Shown here one piece after another: positions 8,577 to 17,833 of a DNA stretch of 64,000 nucleotides. The stretch's first letter is position 1; every line of letters begins with the position of its first letter. The notes under the pieces were generated by a model. It made no database searches. It worked only from the letters and a program-made list of their open reading frames with translations, and was not told the DNA's origin. The stretch covers positions 37,707 to 101,706 of IMG/VR virus record IMGVR_UViG_3300025674_000021, one strand, 5' to 3'. The DNA is from a virus. A program made the position numbers and the translations under genes.

Positions 8577-10265
8577 ATGATTACTTTTCAGCAGTTTGAT
8601 GAAAATGCTAGGGCAGCGTTAAAACTGCTGAAAGCGACTAATAGAATTGTTGGTGGGAAAAATGTTGGTTCTTTGGGAAGAGCAAGATATAAAGCTTTAT
8701 CAGTAGGACCAAGCAGAAGTATAGTTGGATTAGATCGTCAAAGAAGAAATGCATCTGATGCAGCAGCATTTAGAAAAGCAAACTTCCCTAGAACTCAAAC
8801 TGGAGGTACTAGACAAAGATTTAATACGACAGGTGAAAAGAATAAGTTTAGTAGAACTGTGGCAACTTCATACCCGTCACAATCTTCATATGCAAAAGAT
8901 ATGGTTCCTGCAAAACAATTGGAAAGTGGTGGAAGAATTCGTTCAACATCTGAACGTTCTCAATATCTGAAAAGATTGAAAAGACAAATGGGTGGGACAA
9001 GAACACGAAGAGGAGTTCATGCTGTTGATGTTCTCCCAAGAGGGGATTTCATGAAAAATGATCCAAAACAATTAATTACTAGAGGAAAAGAATATCATAA
9101 AGCAGTATCAGATATACCAAATGAAGTTAAAGGGTTTGGAGCAAAACGAGGAGATAAGATTGTAGGAACCGCATCGGAAGTTATGCCCGGTTCAACAAAT
9201 ATAGAGAGGGGAAAACAAAATCGCAGATCATTATATCGAAGAGTTCTTGGTGCAACAAAACAAGACCCTATTACAAGAAAACAAGTTGCTACTATTAAAG
9301 ATGAGTTTGAACATCTTGATGAAAATGCAAGAGCAGCATTAAAACTACTGAAATCTGCTAATAAAATTATTGGTGGTAGAAAAGTAGGCATAGTGCAGAA
9401 AGCATTGAAATCAAATCGTGCCGTATTGTCTAGGGCAGAAAGAGGTCAGAAATTTTCGCAGTCAGCAGATAAGATTACTTCTGACACACGTTCAATGAAT
9501 ATCACAAGATCAGCATCAAGAAAAGCAGGATTTAGTGGTGGTGCAAATATAAACAGAAAAGATTTTAAAACTTCAACAAAAGAATATACAACATATCCAG
9601 AAAAAGGTGGTTTAGATTATCATCCTCGACATAATACACAGGTTGATACAAATATCAGCACCGTTCCATCGGGTAGAGTTGCGGCAATTTCTGCAAATAC
9701 TACAGCAAAAAGACCAGTTCCAAAATCTGTTGGGCGTGGAAGACGAGTACCAAGAACAGAAAAATTAGTAGGGAAATTAAAAGAATATCGTCGTAGAGTT
9801 AGGAGGACTGGAGGAAATGAGAGAAATCCAGTTCATAAGATAGATTTTATTCAAAGAAGTGATGCAGATATATGGAAGAATGATTTGGACAAATATGCGT
9901 TCAAACGTGCTAGAAATTTTAGAAGAGCACAAGAAAATTTACCAAAAGATTTAAAAGCAGCAGGAGCAAAACCAAAAGATATTGTTCAAGGAATTCCCTC
10001 TGTTATGATGAGAGGAGAAACATCAAAAGGTGTTGGAAAACGTGCAGAACTTTATAAAAATCGTTATGGTCATCGCGTAACTGATTTAGATCCTACAAGA
10101 AGGACAACTGGTGTGATTGGCAGTGCTGGAGGAGAACTTCCACCAGGAAAGAAAATGAGAGGTAGAAAACCGCAGAGAAGAAGAACAAGAACAGGTCCTA
10201 CAGATCGATCTTCTGCACAGGCAATGATGGATAGAACCCAGAGAAACATTTTATCAGATCGATAA
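8577..10265 (+). CDS. Large, very basic hypothetical protein made of two tandem homologous domains
   Basis: DENARAALKLLK occurs twice, 240 aa apart; AATAAATA upstream; inserted between uvsY and uvsW. Confidence 0.8.
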   Translation: MITFQQFDENARAALKLLKATNRIVGGKNVGSLGRARYKALSVGPSRSIVGLDRQRRNASDAAAFRKANFPRTQTGGTRQRFNTTGEKNKFSRTVATSYPSQSSYAKDMVPAKQLESGGRIRSTSERSQYLKRLKRQMGGTRTRRGVHAVDVLPRGDFMKNDPKQLITRGKEYHKAVSDIPNEVKGFGAKRGDKIVGTASEVMPGSTNIERGKQNRRSLYRRVLGATKQDPITRKQVATIKDEFEHLDENARAALKLLKSANKIIGGRKVGIVQKALKSNRAVLSRAERGQKFSQSADKITSDTRSMNITRSASRKAGFSGGANINRKDFKTSTKEYTTYPEKGGLDYHPRHNTQVDTNISTVPSGRVAAISANTTAKRPVPKSVGRGRRVPRTEKLVGKLKEYRRRVRRTGGNERNPVHKIDFIQRSDADIWKNDLDKYAFKRARNFRRAQENLPKDLKAAGAKPKDIVQGIPSVMMRGETSKGVGKRAELYKNRYGHRVTDLDPTRRTTGVIGSAGGELPPGKKMRGRKPQRRRTRTGPTDRSSAQAMMDRTQRNILSDR

Positions 10266-10291
10266 ATATCTGTAGGTGAATCTTATGATTT

Positions 10292-11755
10292 ATGTCGAAT
10301 TTGATTATTGGTAAGAAGAACGAGGTATATCTTCAAATCAAGGCGGAACCTCACGTATATTACGAACTGGCAGACCAGTTTACGTTTGATGTTCCAGGCG
10401 CAAAATTCATGCCCCAGTTTCGTAACAGGCACTGGGACGGAAAAATTCGTCTATTTAACACGCAGACAGGTGAGATCTATGTCGGTTTGTTAGATAAAAT
10501 TATTAGTTTTTGTGAGAATCATGAGTACAGTTATGAATTTGTAAATAATAAGTTTTATGGTACTCCTTTTGAAACAAATGATTATATTTCAATGGAAGGA
10601 GTCAAAGATTACATGACTTCTATCAGCAGGTATGCCCCTCGGGATTACCAGGTCGAGGGGGTATACGACGCCCTAAAGCATAATAGAAGGTTGCTGATAT
10701 CTCCAACTGCTTCTGGAAAGTCACTGATGATATATTCTGTTGTGAGATATTACGTTGAGAAGCAACAAAATATTCTGATAGTCGTTCCGACGACTTCCCT
10801 AGTAGAACAGATGTATAAAGATTTTGCAGACTATGGTTGGGATGTAGGTTCATTTTGCCACAAAATTTATGCGGGTAAAGAAAGGGAAACAAGTTCCCAA
10901 GTGATTATCACTACCTGGCAATCAATCTACAAACTCCCCCGAAAATATTTTTCTAGATTTAATGTTGTGATTGGGGATGAGGCGCACCAGTTTAAATCTA
11001 AATCATTAATATCTATAATGTCAAAACTTTCCGATGCAAAATACAGATTTGGTTTTACAGGGACTCTTGATGGAACTCAAACTCATAAATGGGTACTGGA
11101 GGGCTTATTTGGCCCCAGTTACAAAATCATTAGGACGAAAGAACTAATGGCAAAAGGGCATGTTGCTAAACTTGATATCAACGTGCTTCTATTGAAACAC
11201 CCTGCTCATAAGTTTGAAAACTTTGAGGAAGAGGTTCAGTATATCATAAATCATGATAAACGCAATAATCTCATCAAAGAGTTGACACTAACTCTAAAAG
11301 GAAACACTCTTGTTCTTTTTGCAAGAGTAGAAGGTCATGGTCAACCACTTTACGAATTAATAAATAGTAGTACCACTGAAGATCGTAATGTCTTTTTCAT
11401 TCACGGTGGTGTAGACACTGAAGATAGAGAGAAAGTTAGAGAGATTACAGAGAAAGAAGATAATGCAATCATTGTTGCATCTTATGGAACTTTCTCAACA
11501 GGAATTAATATTAAAAATCTCCACAATGTTATTTTTGCTTCTCCTTCCAAATCGAGAATACGTAATCTACAATCGATCGGTAGAGTACTCAGAAAAGGGA
11601 ATAATAAAACAAAAGCGACTTTGTATGACATTGCTGACGACATATCCTACAAATCCAGGAAGAACTATACACTTAATCACCTGATTGAAAGAATTAAAGT
11701 TTATAACGAAGAGAATTTTAATTACGACATTGTAAACATTCCATTAAAGAACTAG
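10292..11755 (+). CDS. uvsW: UvsW SF2 helicase
   Basis: SPTASGKS Walker A, DEAH, QSIGRVLR motifs. Confidence 0.96.
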   Translation: MSNLIIGKKNEVYLQIKAEPHVYYELADQFTFDVPGAKFMPQFRNRHWDGKIRLFNTQTGEIYVGLLDKIISFCENHEYSYEFVNNKFYGTPFETNDYISMEGVKDYMTSISRYAPRDYQVEGVYDALKHNRRLLISPTASGKSLMIYSVVRYYVEKQQNILIVVPTTSLVEQMYKDFADYGWDVGSFCHKIYAGKERETSSQVIITTWQSIYKLPRKYFSRFNVVIGDEAHQFKSKSLISIMSKLSDAKYRFGFTGTLDGTQTHKWVLEGLFGPSYKIIRTKELMAKGHVAKLDINVLLLKHPAHKFENFEEEVQYIINHDKRNNLIKELTLTLKGNTLVLFARVEGHGQPLYELINSSTTEDRNVFFIHGGVDTEDREKVREITEKEDNAIIVASYGTFSTGINIKNLHNVIFASPSKSRIRNLQSIGRVLRKGNNKTKATLYDIADDISYKSRKNYTLNHLIERIKVYNEENFNYDIVNIPLKN

Positions 11756-11756
11756 T

Positions 11757-12191
11757 ATGGGCGAAGAATTCTACGCAGTTATAAAATTAGTTTCAGGAGA
11801 AGAAATCTTATCTCTGGTTATGGTTGATGACTCTGGTGATGAACCAATCATGGTATTGCAGAATCCAGTAGTCATGAAAACCTTCCATAACCATCAGGGA
11901 GTTCATATCAAAGTAAAACCCTGGATGGAAATGACGGAAGATGATTTCTACTTTATTACCTTAGATAAAATTATCACATGCACAGAAACCTCTAATGATA
12001 AACTTATCAATATATACAATCGTTTTCTTGAAGAGGATGATAATAGTGATATTGATGTCTACACTAAGTCAGGACAGGTAAAGCCTGATGAAAGAATGGG
12101 TTATATCTCTTCGGTAATGGAAGCAAGAAGGAAGTTAGAGAGTATCTATAGAGATCTTTCGGTAGAGGATAATAAAGATACTCAAAGCTAG
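11757..12191 (+). CDS. Conserved hypothetical protein (Sm-like fold likely)
   Basis: IKLVSGEEI...NPV..KPW pattern; position between uvsW and gp55. Confidence 0.7.
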   Translation: MGEEFYAVIKLVSGEEILSLVMVDDSGDEPIMVLQNPVVMKTFHNHQGVHIKVKPWMEMTEDDFYFITLDKIITCTETSNDKLINIYNRFLEEDDNSDIDVYTKSGQVKPDERMGYISSVMEARRKLESIYRDLSVEDNKDTQS

Positions 12192-12222
12192 CTAGATCTG
12201 TCTCTTCAACGTTAACAAACAT

Positions 12223-12251
12223 ATTCTACTGAGTTTCGGACACTTTGTCAA
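12223..12251 (-). promoter_or_regulatory. Antisense sigma70-type promoter overlapping the gp55 promoter
   Basis: Minus strand reads TTGACA-17 nt-TAGAAT. Confidence 0.55.
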
Positions 12252-12273
12252 GCCCCCTAAAGTATGCTATAAT
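12245..12273 (+). promoter_or_regulatory. Sigma70-type promoter for gp55 operon
   Basis: TTGTCA-17 nt-TATAAT with extended -10 TG. Confidence 0.75.
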
Positions 12274-12303
12274 GAACATATACTACGCGGTTAAGTAAAT
12301 GTC

Positions 12304-12780
12304 ATGCCTAAGAAGAAGACAGAACACTATGTAAACAACAAAGAGTTGCTACAAGCACTGATTGTTTACAGAGAACAACTGGAAGAGTCCAAGAAGAATG
12401 GACTTCCGAAACCGCGAGTTACTAATTACCTTGGTGAGTGCTTCTTTAAGATCGCTACTCGCCTTTCATACAAACCAAACTTTGTCAATTATATGTTCCG
12501 AGAAGACATGATCTCGGATGGTATTGAGAACTGTGTTGAGTATATTCATAATTTTGATCCAGCAAAGTCATCCAATCCATTTGCATACTTCACTCAAATT
12601 ATTCATTACGCTTTTTTGAGACGTATTCAGAAAGAGAAGAAGCAGTTAGAGATCAAAGCAAAGATCATTGAACGAACAGGTTTCGATGAAGTTATGATGG
12701 TAGATGATAACTCGCTTTCAGGTCATACTTCAGAATACAATTCTATTAAAGATCAAATCCAGTACAGGAATAATCGATGA
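12304..12780 (+). CDS. gp55: Late-transcription sigma factor
   Basis: HYVNNKE, NFVNYMFREDMISDG, NPFAYFTQI..AFLRRI motifs. Confidence 0.96.
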   Translation: MPKKKTEHYVNNKELLQALIVYREQLEESKKNGLPKPRVTNYLGECFFKIATRLSYKPNFVNYMFREDMISDGIENCVEYIHNFDPAKSSNPFAYFTQIIHYAFLRRIQKEKKQLEIKAKIIERTGFDEVMMVDDNSLSGHTSEYNSIKDQIQYRNNR

Positions 12781-13811
12781 AGGTTGCTATCATTACGGAT
12801 ACTCATTATGGTGCTAAGAAAGGATCTAAATCTCTTCACGATTACTTTGAACTCTTCTACGAAAATGTTTTCTTTCCATCTCTAGAAGAGCATGGAGTAA
12901 AAACTGTCATTCATATGGGTGATGCGTTTGATTCAAGGAAGGGAATTGACTTTCAAAGCTTAGAATGGTCAAAGAGGGTTGTCTTTGATCCCCTAAGCAA
13001 GTATGATGTCCATATGGTTATTGGTAACCATGATATCTACTACAAAGATACAAACTCAATCAACTCACCAGAGTTGCTTCTGAAAACTTACGAAAATATT
13101 AAGACCTATAAAGATCCTACAGAAGTTAACATTGGTGGGTTAAATATTTTACTAATTCCGTGGATTAATTCTGAAAATGAAGAAGTTACTTTCAAACTGG
13201 TTAAAGAGACAACTTGCAAGGTCGCGATGGGGCACCTTGAGTTCAGAGGATTTAAAGTTAATCGACAAATCGTCATGGAAGCAGGTATTTCATGCGAATT
13301 ATTTGAGAACTTCAGTCATGTTTTCTCCGGTCATTACCACACTAGATCAAGCAACGGATTGATTCATTACTTGGGAAATCCCTACGAAATGTTCTGGTCT
13401 GATGTAGATGATCCTAGAGGTTTCCATATCTTTGATACTGAGACCTTAGAACTGACTACTATCAACAATCCATATAAACTCTTCTACAACATCTATTACG
13501 AAGATACTCCGCATCAGATGTTTGATGCTTCTAAGTATAAAAATAAGATCGTAAAAGTTATTGTAAGAAAAAAATCAAGTCCTAAGGAATTTGAAAAGTT
13601 TGTAGATAAGTTATCGACTGCAGGAGTTGAAGATTTAAAAGTCATTGAAAACTTCAGTGTAGTTGAAAAAGAAGATTTTGAAGTTGAAGAATCTGAGAAC
13701 ACAATGTCTATTTTGAATAGATACATTGATGACTCTGACTTTGAACTTGATAAAGGCATTATCAAATCAATCTTTCAAGATATCTACAAAAAAGCGTGCG
13801 AGGTAGAGTAG
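12777..13811 (+). CDS. gp47: Recombination endonuclease subunit (Mre11/SbcD-like)
   Basis: DTHYG, GDAFD, GNHD, SGHYH phosphoesterase motifs. Confidence 0.95.
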   Translation: MKVAIITDTHYGAKKGSKSLHDYFELFYENVFFPSLEEHGVKTVIHMGDAFDSRKGIDFQSLEWSKRVVFDPLSKYDVHMVIGNHDIYYKDTNSINSPELLLKTYENIKTYKDPTEVNIGGLNILLIPWINSENEEVTFKLVKETTCKVAMGHLEFRGFKVNRQIVMEAGISCELFENFSHVFSGHYHTRSSNGLIHYLGNPYEMFWSDVDDPRGFHIFDTETLELTTINNPYKLFYNIYYEDTPHQMFDASKYKNKIVKVIVRKKSSPKEFEKFVDKLSTAGVEDLKVIENFSVVEKEDFEVEESENTMSILNRYIDDSDFELDKGIIKSIFQDIYKKACEVE

Positions 13812-13812
13812 T

Positions 13813-14079
13813 ATGTTTCTTCTAACCGTCAAAGATAATAAAGATGACGGTGCATATGCCGTTCAAGATAGGTATGGTCATAAAGTTCTCTTCCTCTTTC
13901 AAGAGGAAGATGATGCTACAAGATACTCACTTATGCTTGAAGACGAAGAAGGAACCTATATGGATGTAGTTGAAGTTGACGATGATTTGGCGATAAAGAC
14001 GTGTAAACTGCACAACTATAAGTATGCAGTGATTACTTCTAATGATATTGTAATTCCTCCTAAAAATGATAAACTTTAA
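13813..14079 (+). CDS. Conserved hypothetical protein
   Basis: 88-aa ORF between gp47 and gp46. Confidence 0.8.
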   Translation: MFLLTVKDNKDDGAYAVQDRYGHKVLFLFQEEDDATRYSLMLEDEEGTYMDVVEVDDDLAIKTCKLHNYKYAVITSNDIVIPPKNDKL

Positions 14080-15778
14080 GAAAATCCGTTATCGCAATTT
14101 CTTATCAACCGGAAATCAGTTTATTGAAATTAACTTCCAGCAAAATAGTACTAATCTGATTGTTGGAACTAATGGGTCTGGTAAGTCAACTATATTAGAT
14201 GCACTGACCTTTGTTCTGTTTAATAAACCATTCCGTAAGATCAACAAACCTCAACTTGTCAACAGTGTAAATGAGAAGGACTGTGTAGTTGAGATTGAAT
14301 TCGATGCAAACGGAAGACAATACTTAGTTCGCAGAGGTATCAAACCTAATGTGTTTGATATTGTCATGGATGGAAGCATCTTGCATAAAGAAGCAGATGA
14401 TAGATCTAATCAAAGAATTCTTGAACAAAATATTCTCAAGTTAAATTACAAATCATTTACGCAGATTGTAATCTTAGGTAGTAGTACGTTTGTTCCTTTC
14501 ATGCAACTTACTACTGCAAACAGACGTGAAGTTATTGAAGATCTTCTGGATATTAGAATATTTTCTTCTATGAGTTCTTTGATTAAGGAGAACCTTCGAT
14601 ACGAGAAAGATCAAATCAAATCTCTGGATCTTAAGAAGCAAACTCTGAAAGAAAAAGCAAAGATGCAGATCGAGTTCATTGAAGAACTTGAGAACCGTGG
14701 TAAGCAGCAGATAGAATCTAACAGTAAAAAAATTGATGATCTTGATGAGGAGATTGTTGTTGCAAACTTAGAGAATGAGAAGAAGCAAAAAGAGTTAGAA
14801 AGTAAAGTTAAAGAACAAGAAAAACTAACTGGGTTCTCTGATAAGTTAGTAAAACTTAACAATATGAAGGGAAAAATTTCTCAAAAAGTTTCAACGATTA
14901 CTGAAGAGTATAACTTCTTTAAGGAAAATACGGTTTGCCCTACCTGTACTCAGGATATTGAAGAATCATTTAGAGTAAATAGAATTAGTGATGCTCAAAA
15001 TAAGGCAAAAGAACTTAAAGATGGTTATGTTGAACTTGAGAAAACAATTAAGTCAGAACAAGAGAGAGAGCGTCAATTCAATGCCCTATCCAAGGAGATT
15101 ACTAAATTAACGCATGGCATTTCTCAAAACAATACTCGGATTCAGTCCAACAGACGCCAAGTCCGAGATCTGGAATCGGAAATTCAAACAATTACCGACA
15201 ACCTTGCAAACAGAAATACTGAACATGAGAAGTTAGAAGAGTTTAAGAAAAATCTCCAGCAGACAATTGAAGATCTCTCAGAAAGAAAACAAGAAGTCGT
15301 TTATTACGATTTTGCCTATTCCTTACTTAAGGACGATGGCGTAAAAACAAAAATCATCAAGAAATATCTCCCTCTGATTAATCAACAGGTTAATCGATAT
15401 CTACAAATGATGGAGTTCTTCATCAACTTTAAACTTGACGAAGAATTTAATGAGTCAATCGAATCTCCTATTCATGAATCATTTTCTTATAGTTCATTCA
15501 GTGAAGGTGAAAAAATGAGAATCGATTTATCTTTGCTCTTCACTTGGAGAGAAGTTGCGAAGGTAAAAAATTCTGTCAATACCAACCTGTTGATTATGGA
15601 TGAGGTGTTCGACTCTTCGCTTGATGGATTCGGTACAGAAGAGTTCCTTAAAATTATTAGATATATAATAAAGGATGCAAATATTTTTGTTATATCTCAC
15701 AAAGTGGGATTAGAGGAAAAATTTGAGTCCGTAATCAAATTCCAAAAACAAAAAGGATTTTCGCAGAAACTAAAATGA
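14066..15778 (+). CDS. gp46: Recombination ATPase subunit (Rad50/SbcC-like)
   Basis: GTNGSGKS, CPTC zinc hook, FSEGEK signature, LLIMDEVFD. Confidence 0.96.
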   Translation: MINFKKIRYRNFLSTGNQFIEINFQQNSTNLIVGTNGSGKSTILDALTFVLFNKPFRKINKPQLVNSVNEKDCVVEIEFDANGRQYLVRRGIKPNVFDIVMDGSILHKEADDRSNQRILEQNILKLNYKSFTQIVILGSSTFVPFMQLTTANRREVIEDLLDIRIFSSMSSLIKENLRYEKDQIKSLDLKKQTLKEKAKMQIEFIEELENRGKQQIESNSKKIDDLDEEIVVANLENEKKQKELESKVKEQEKLTGFSDKLVKLNNMKGKISQKVSTITEEYNFFKENTVCPTCTQDIEESFRVNRISDAQNKAKELKDGYVELEKTIKSEQERERQFNALSKEITKLTHGISQNNTRIQSNRRQVRDLESEIQTITDNLANRNTEHEKLEEFKKNLQQTIEDLSERKQEVVYYDFAYSLLKDDGVKTKIIKKYLPLINQQVNRYLQMMEFFINFKLDEEFNESIESPIHESFSYSSFSEGEKMRIDLSLLFTWREVAKVKNSVNTNLLIMDEVFDSSLDGFGTEEFLKIIRYIIKDANIFVISHKVGLEEKFESVIKFQKQKGFSQKLK

Positions 15779-15909
15779 GCATGATTAAAATTTTCGGTCT
15801 CGCGGTAGTATTCGGACTACTAGGTGCGGGATTCCAGCATGGCAACATGCACCTTTACAATAGTATGGTTCCACATGTCCATGAGAATGGAGTGATTCAT
15901 TCTCACTGA
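15775..15909 (+). CDS. Small His-rich peptide with N-terminal hydrophobic segment (44 aa)
   Basis: MSMIKIFGLAVVFGLLGAGFQHGNMHLYNSMVPHVHENGVIHSH; ATGA overlap with gp46 stop. Confidence 0.6.
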   Translation: MSMIKIFGLAVVFGLLGAGFQHGNMHLYNSMVPHVHENGVIHSH

Positions 15910-15945
15910 TGGTTCTAGATAACGCCCCAATAAGGAGCGTTTTTT

Positions 15946-15953
15946 TATAAATA
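15946..15953 (+). promoter_or_regulatory. T4-type late promoter
   Basis: TATAAATA immediately after a hairpin and T-run. Confidence 0.8.
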
Positions 15954-15980
15954 TTTGAAAATAGTGTTCAAATAAAACCA

Positions 15981-17753
15981 ATGTATAATAAGACCGAACG
16001 TGAGTTACTTGAGTTATACAAATCTGTTTACAACGAAGATACAGAGATAAAGGGTCTTCTGATTGAACTTTGTGAGAATTTTGAGTATGGTAATAGTTTA
16101 GAAGAGAGAGCAGAATTTGTTGGAGGTGTAATCAAAGATGAGTGCATCTTTGAATTCTTAGATCTGGTTTCAGATGTATTTGAGATTGAGATCAAAGAAA
16201 CCTTAACTGAAGGAATTGACCTGACAGAAAGAGCTGCATTAGTCAGAGGTCTTGTTAATGCACTTAGCAGAGGTGCTAGGAATAAAGCACTCAAGACAGC
16301 AGGAACTGCTGCAATGGGTAAGAGTGGTAACGTAATTAAAGGTGGTGCAGCATCTTCTAGCGTTAGAGCAGCAAGATCTGCAAGAGGTGCTACTACAGCA
16401 GCAACTAGAGCACCTGGTGGACCAGCAGCAGCGGCAAATGTTAAGAAAGCTGCTGATATTAGTGGAGCAACAAAACGACTTCCTGCTAAAGGTGGAAGTG
16501 GCGCAAATAGTGTTAATGCTATTGCTCAGCGTAATACTACAAAGACCAGGCAGGCAGTTAACCAAATGCAGACCTTCCTTGGTGGTCTTAAGAAGACCAT
16601 GAGGCAAAGTGCTGCTGCAGACAAGCTTGCTAAGGCAAAAGTAGGATCTACTGGTACTGGCGTTAAGGCAGCACTTCCTGGTGCAGCACCAAAAGCAGCA
16701 CTTCCTGGTGCAAAGGGAACTGTTACACCTTTGAAGACAACTGCACAAGTAGGTGGTCCTATTGGTCAAAGAACTATCAAGAAACCAGGTGCTGGACTTC
16801 CAAGACAGGCACCAAAACCTGAATGGGGCAAAGGTGGATCAGGTAATTCTGGAATTCCAAAACCACCAAGACAACCAGGTGGTGCAATGACTAAGAGACC
16901 ATCTAGCAGTATTGCAACTCCTGGTGTTCAGAAGGTCAAAGTCAAGGACATGGGTCCAACTGGAAGATCTGCTACTGACAAGGGAGGAAGAACTCTCAAA
17001 GGTGATGGTGTAATTGATGTAACTGCGAAGACAGTTTCTTCTAGAAAAACTACTGCACAACGTCTTAAGGATCTAGCAAGAGCTGTTAAAAATAATAAAG
17101 GTAAGGTTGCAGCTGGTGCTGCTATTGCTGGTGGAGCAGCACTTGGTTTAGCTACCGGAGATGGTAAGAAAACTGCTTCGGGAGATACCGCTCCTACTAC
17201 TCCATCTACAGCACCTGCATCTAAGGGTAAAACTGAAACTGGACTGGCGAATATTCCTCCTGCTGAGGGTCCAGTGAACAATCCAAATTATGGAAAACCT
17301 GGTTCCAAGGATAAGGCACCTGCACCTAAGGCACCTACTGGCGGAGGATCTAAAGCACCTACTGGCGGAGGATCTAAAGCACCTACTGGCGGAGGATCTA
17401 AAGCACCTACTGGCGGTGGTTCCAAGGCACCTGAAACCAAGAAGCCTGAATCTAAGGGAACTCCAAAGATGTCAAAAATGCAGCGGGATGCTGCAGAACT
17501 TCGTCAAATGAGAAAGAGATCTCAGGAGCGTATTATCGCTCAAGGTGGTACACCAGCAACTCCTCTTGTAAAAGATGATGTAGATGTATTTGAAATCATC
17601 AAGGGTTACCTGATCGATGAAGGTTATGCTGGTAGTGAAGAGGCAGCACTCATCATCATGACTAACATGAGTGGAGCATGGCAAGAGAAAATCATTGAGT
17701 CCTCCTGTGGAGGTGGTCACTCCAAGAAAAAGAAAAAGAAGAAGGGATATTGA
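15981..17753 (+). CDS. Modular low-complexity late protein (acidic N-terminus, basic Gly/Ala/Pro core, conserved acidic C-module)
   Basis: 590-aa ORF under late promoter; shares modules with ORFs at 48075 and 50095. Confidence 0.8.
   Translation: MYNKTERELLELYKSVYNEDTEIKGLLIELCENFEYGNSLEERAEFVGGVIKDECIFEFLDLVSDVFEIEIKETLTEGIDLTERAALVRGLVNALSRGARNKALKTAGTAAMGKSGNVIKGGAASSSVRAARSARGATTAATRAPGGPAAAANVKKAADISGATKRLPAKGGSGANSVNAIAQRNTTKTRQAVNQMQTFLGGLKKTMRQSAAADKLAKAKVGSTGTGVKAALPGAAPKAALPGAKGTVTPLKTTAQVGGPIGQRTIKKPGAGLPRQAPKPEWGKGGSGNSGIPKPPRQPGGAMTKRPSSSIATPGVQKVKVKDMGPTGRSATDKGGRTLKGDGVIDVTAKTVSSRKTTAQRLKDLARAVKNNKGKVAAGAAIAGGAALGLATGDGKKTASGDTAPTTPSTAPASKGKTETGLANIPPAEGPVNNPNYGKPGSKDKAPAPKAPTGGGSKAPTGGGSKAPTGGGSKAPTGGGSKAPETKKPESKGTPKMSKMQRDAAELRQMRKRSQERIIAQGGTPATPLVKDDVDVFEIIKGYLIDEGYAGSEEAALIIMTNMSGAWQEKIIESSCGGGHSKKKKKKKGY
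17328..17432 (+). repeat. In-frame 24-bp tandem repeat, about 4.3 copies (KAPTGGGS)
   Basis: AAAGCACCTACTGGCGGAGGATCT unit repeated. Confidence 0.95.
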
Positions 17754-17808
17754 TCCAGTTCTGAAACTGTCCACTAGCAGGTCTTAGGACCTGCTTTTTT
17801 TGTATGAT
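17754..17808 (+). promoter_or_regulatory. Composite element: AAACTGTCCAC motif, terminator hairpin, -10 box
   Basis: TCCAGTTCTGAAACTGTCCAC, AGCAGGTC-TTAG-GACCTGCT plus T-run, then TATGAT. Confidence 0.6.
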
Positions 17809-17833
17809 GACTACATCAAACAAGAGACCCACC

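Noticed and set aside
17328-17432. 24-bp direct repeats as a possible CRISPR array
   Set aside because: No spacers; repeats are contiguous, in frame and encode a linker
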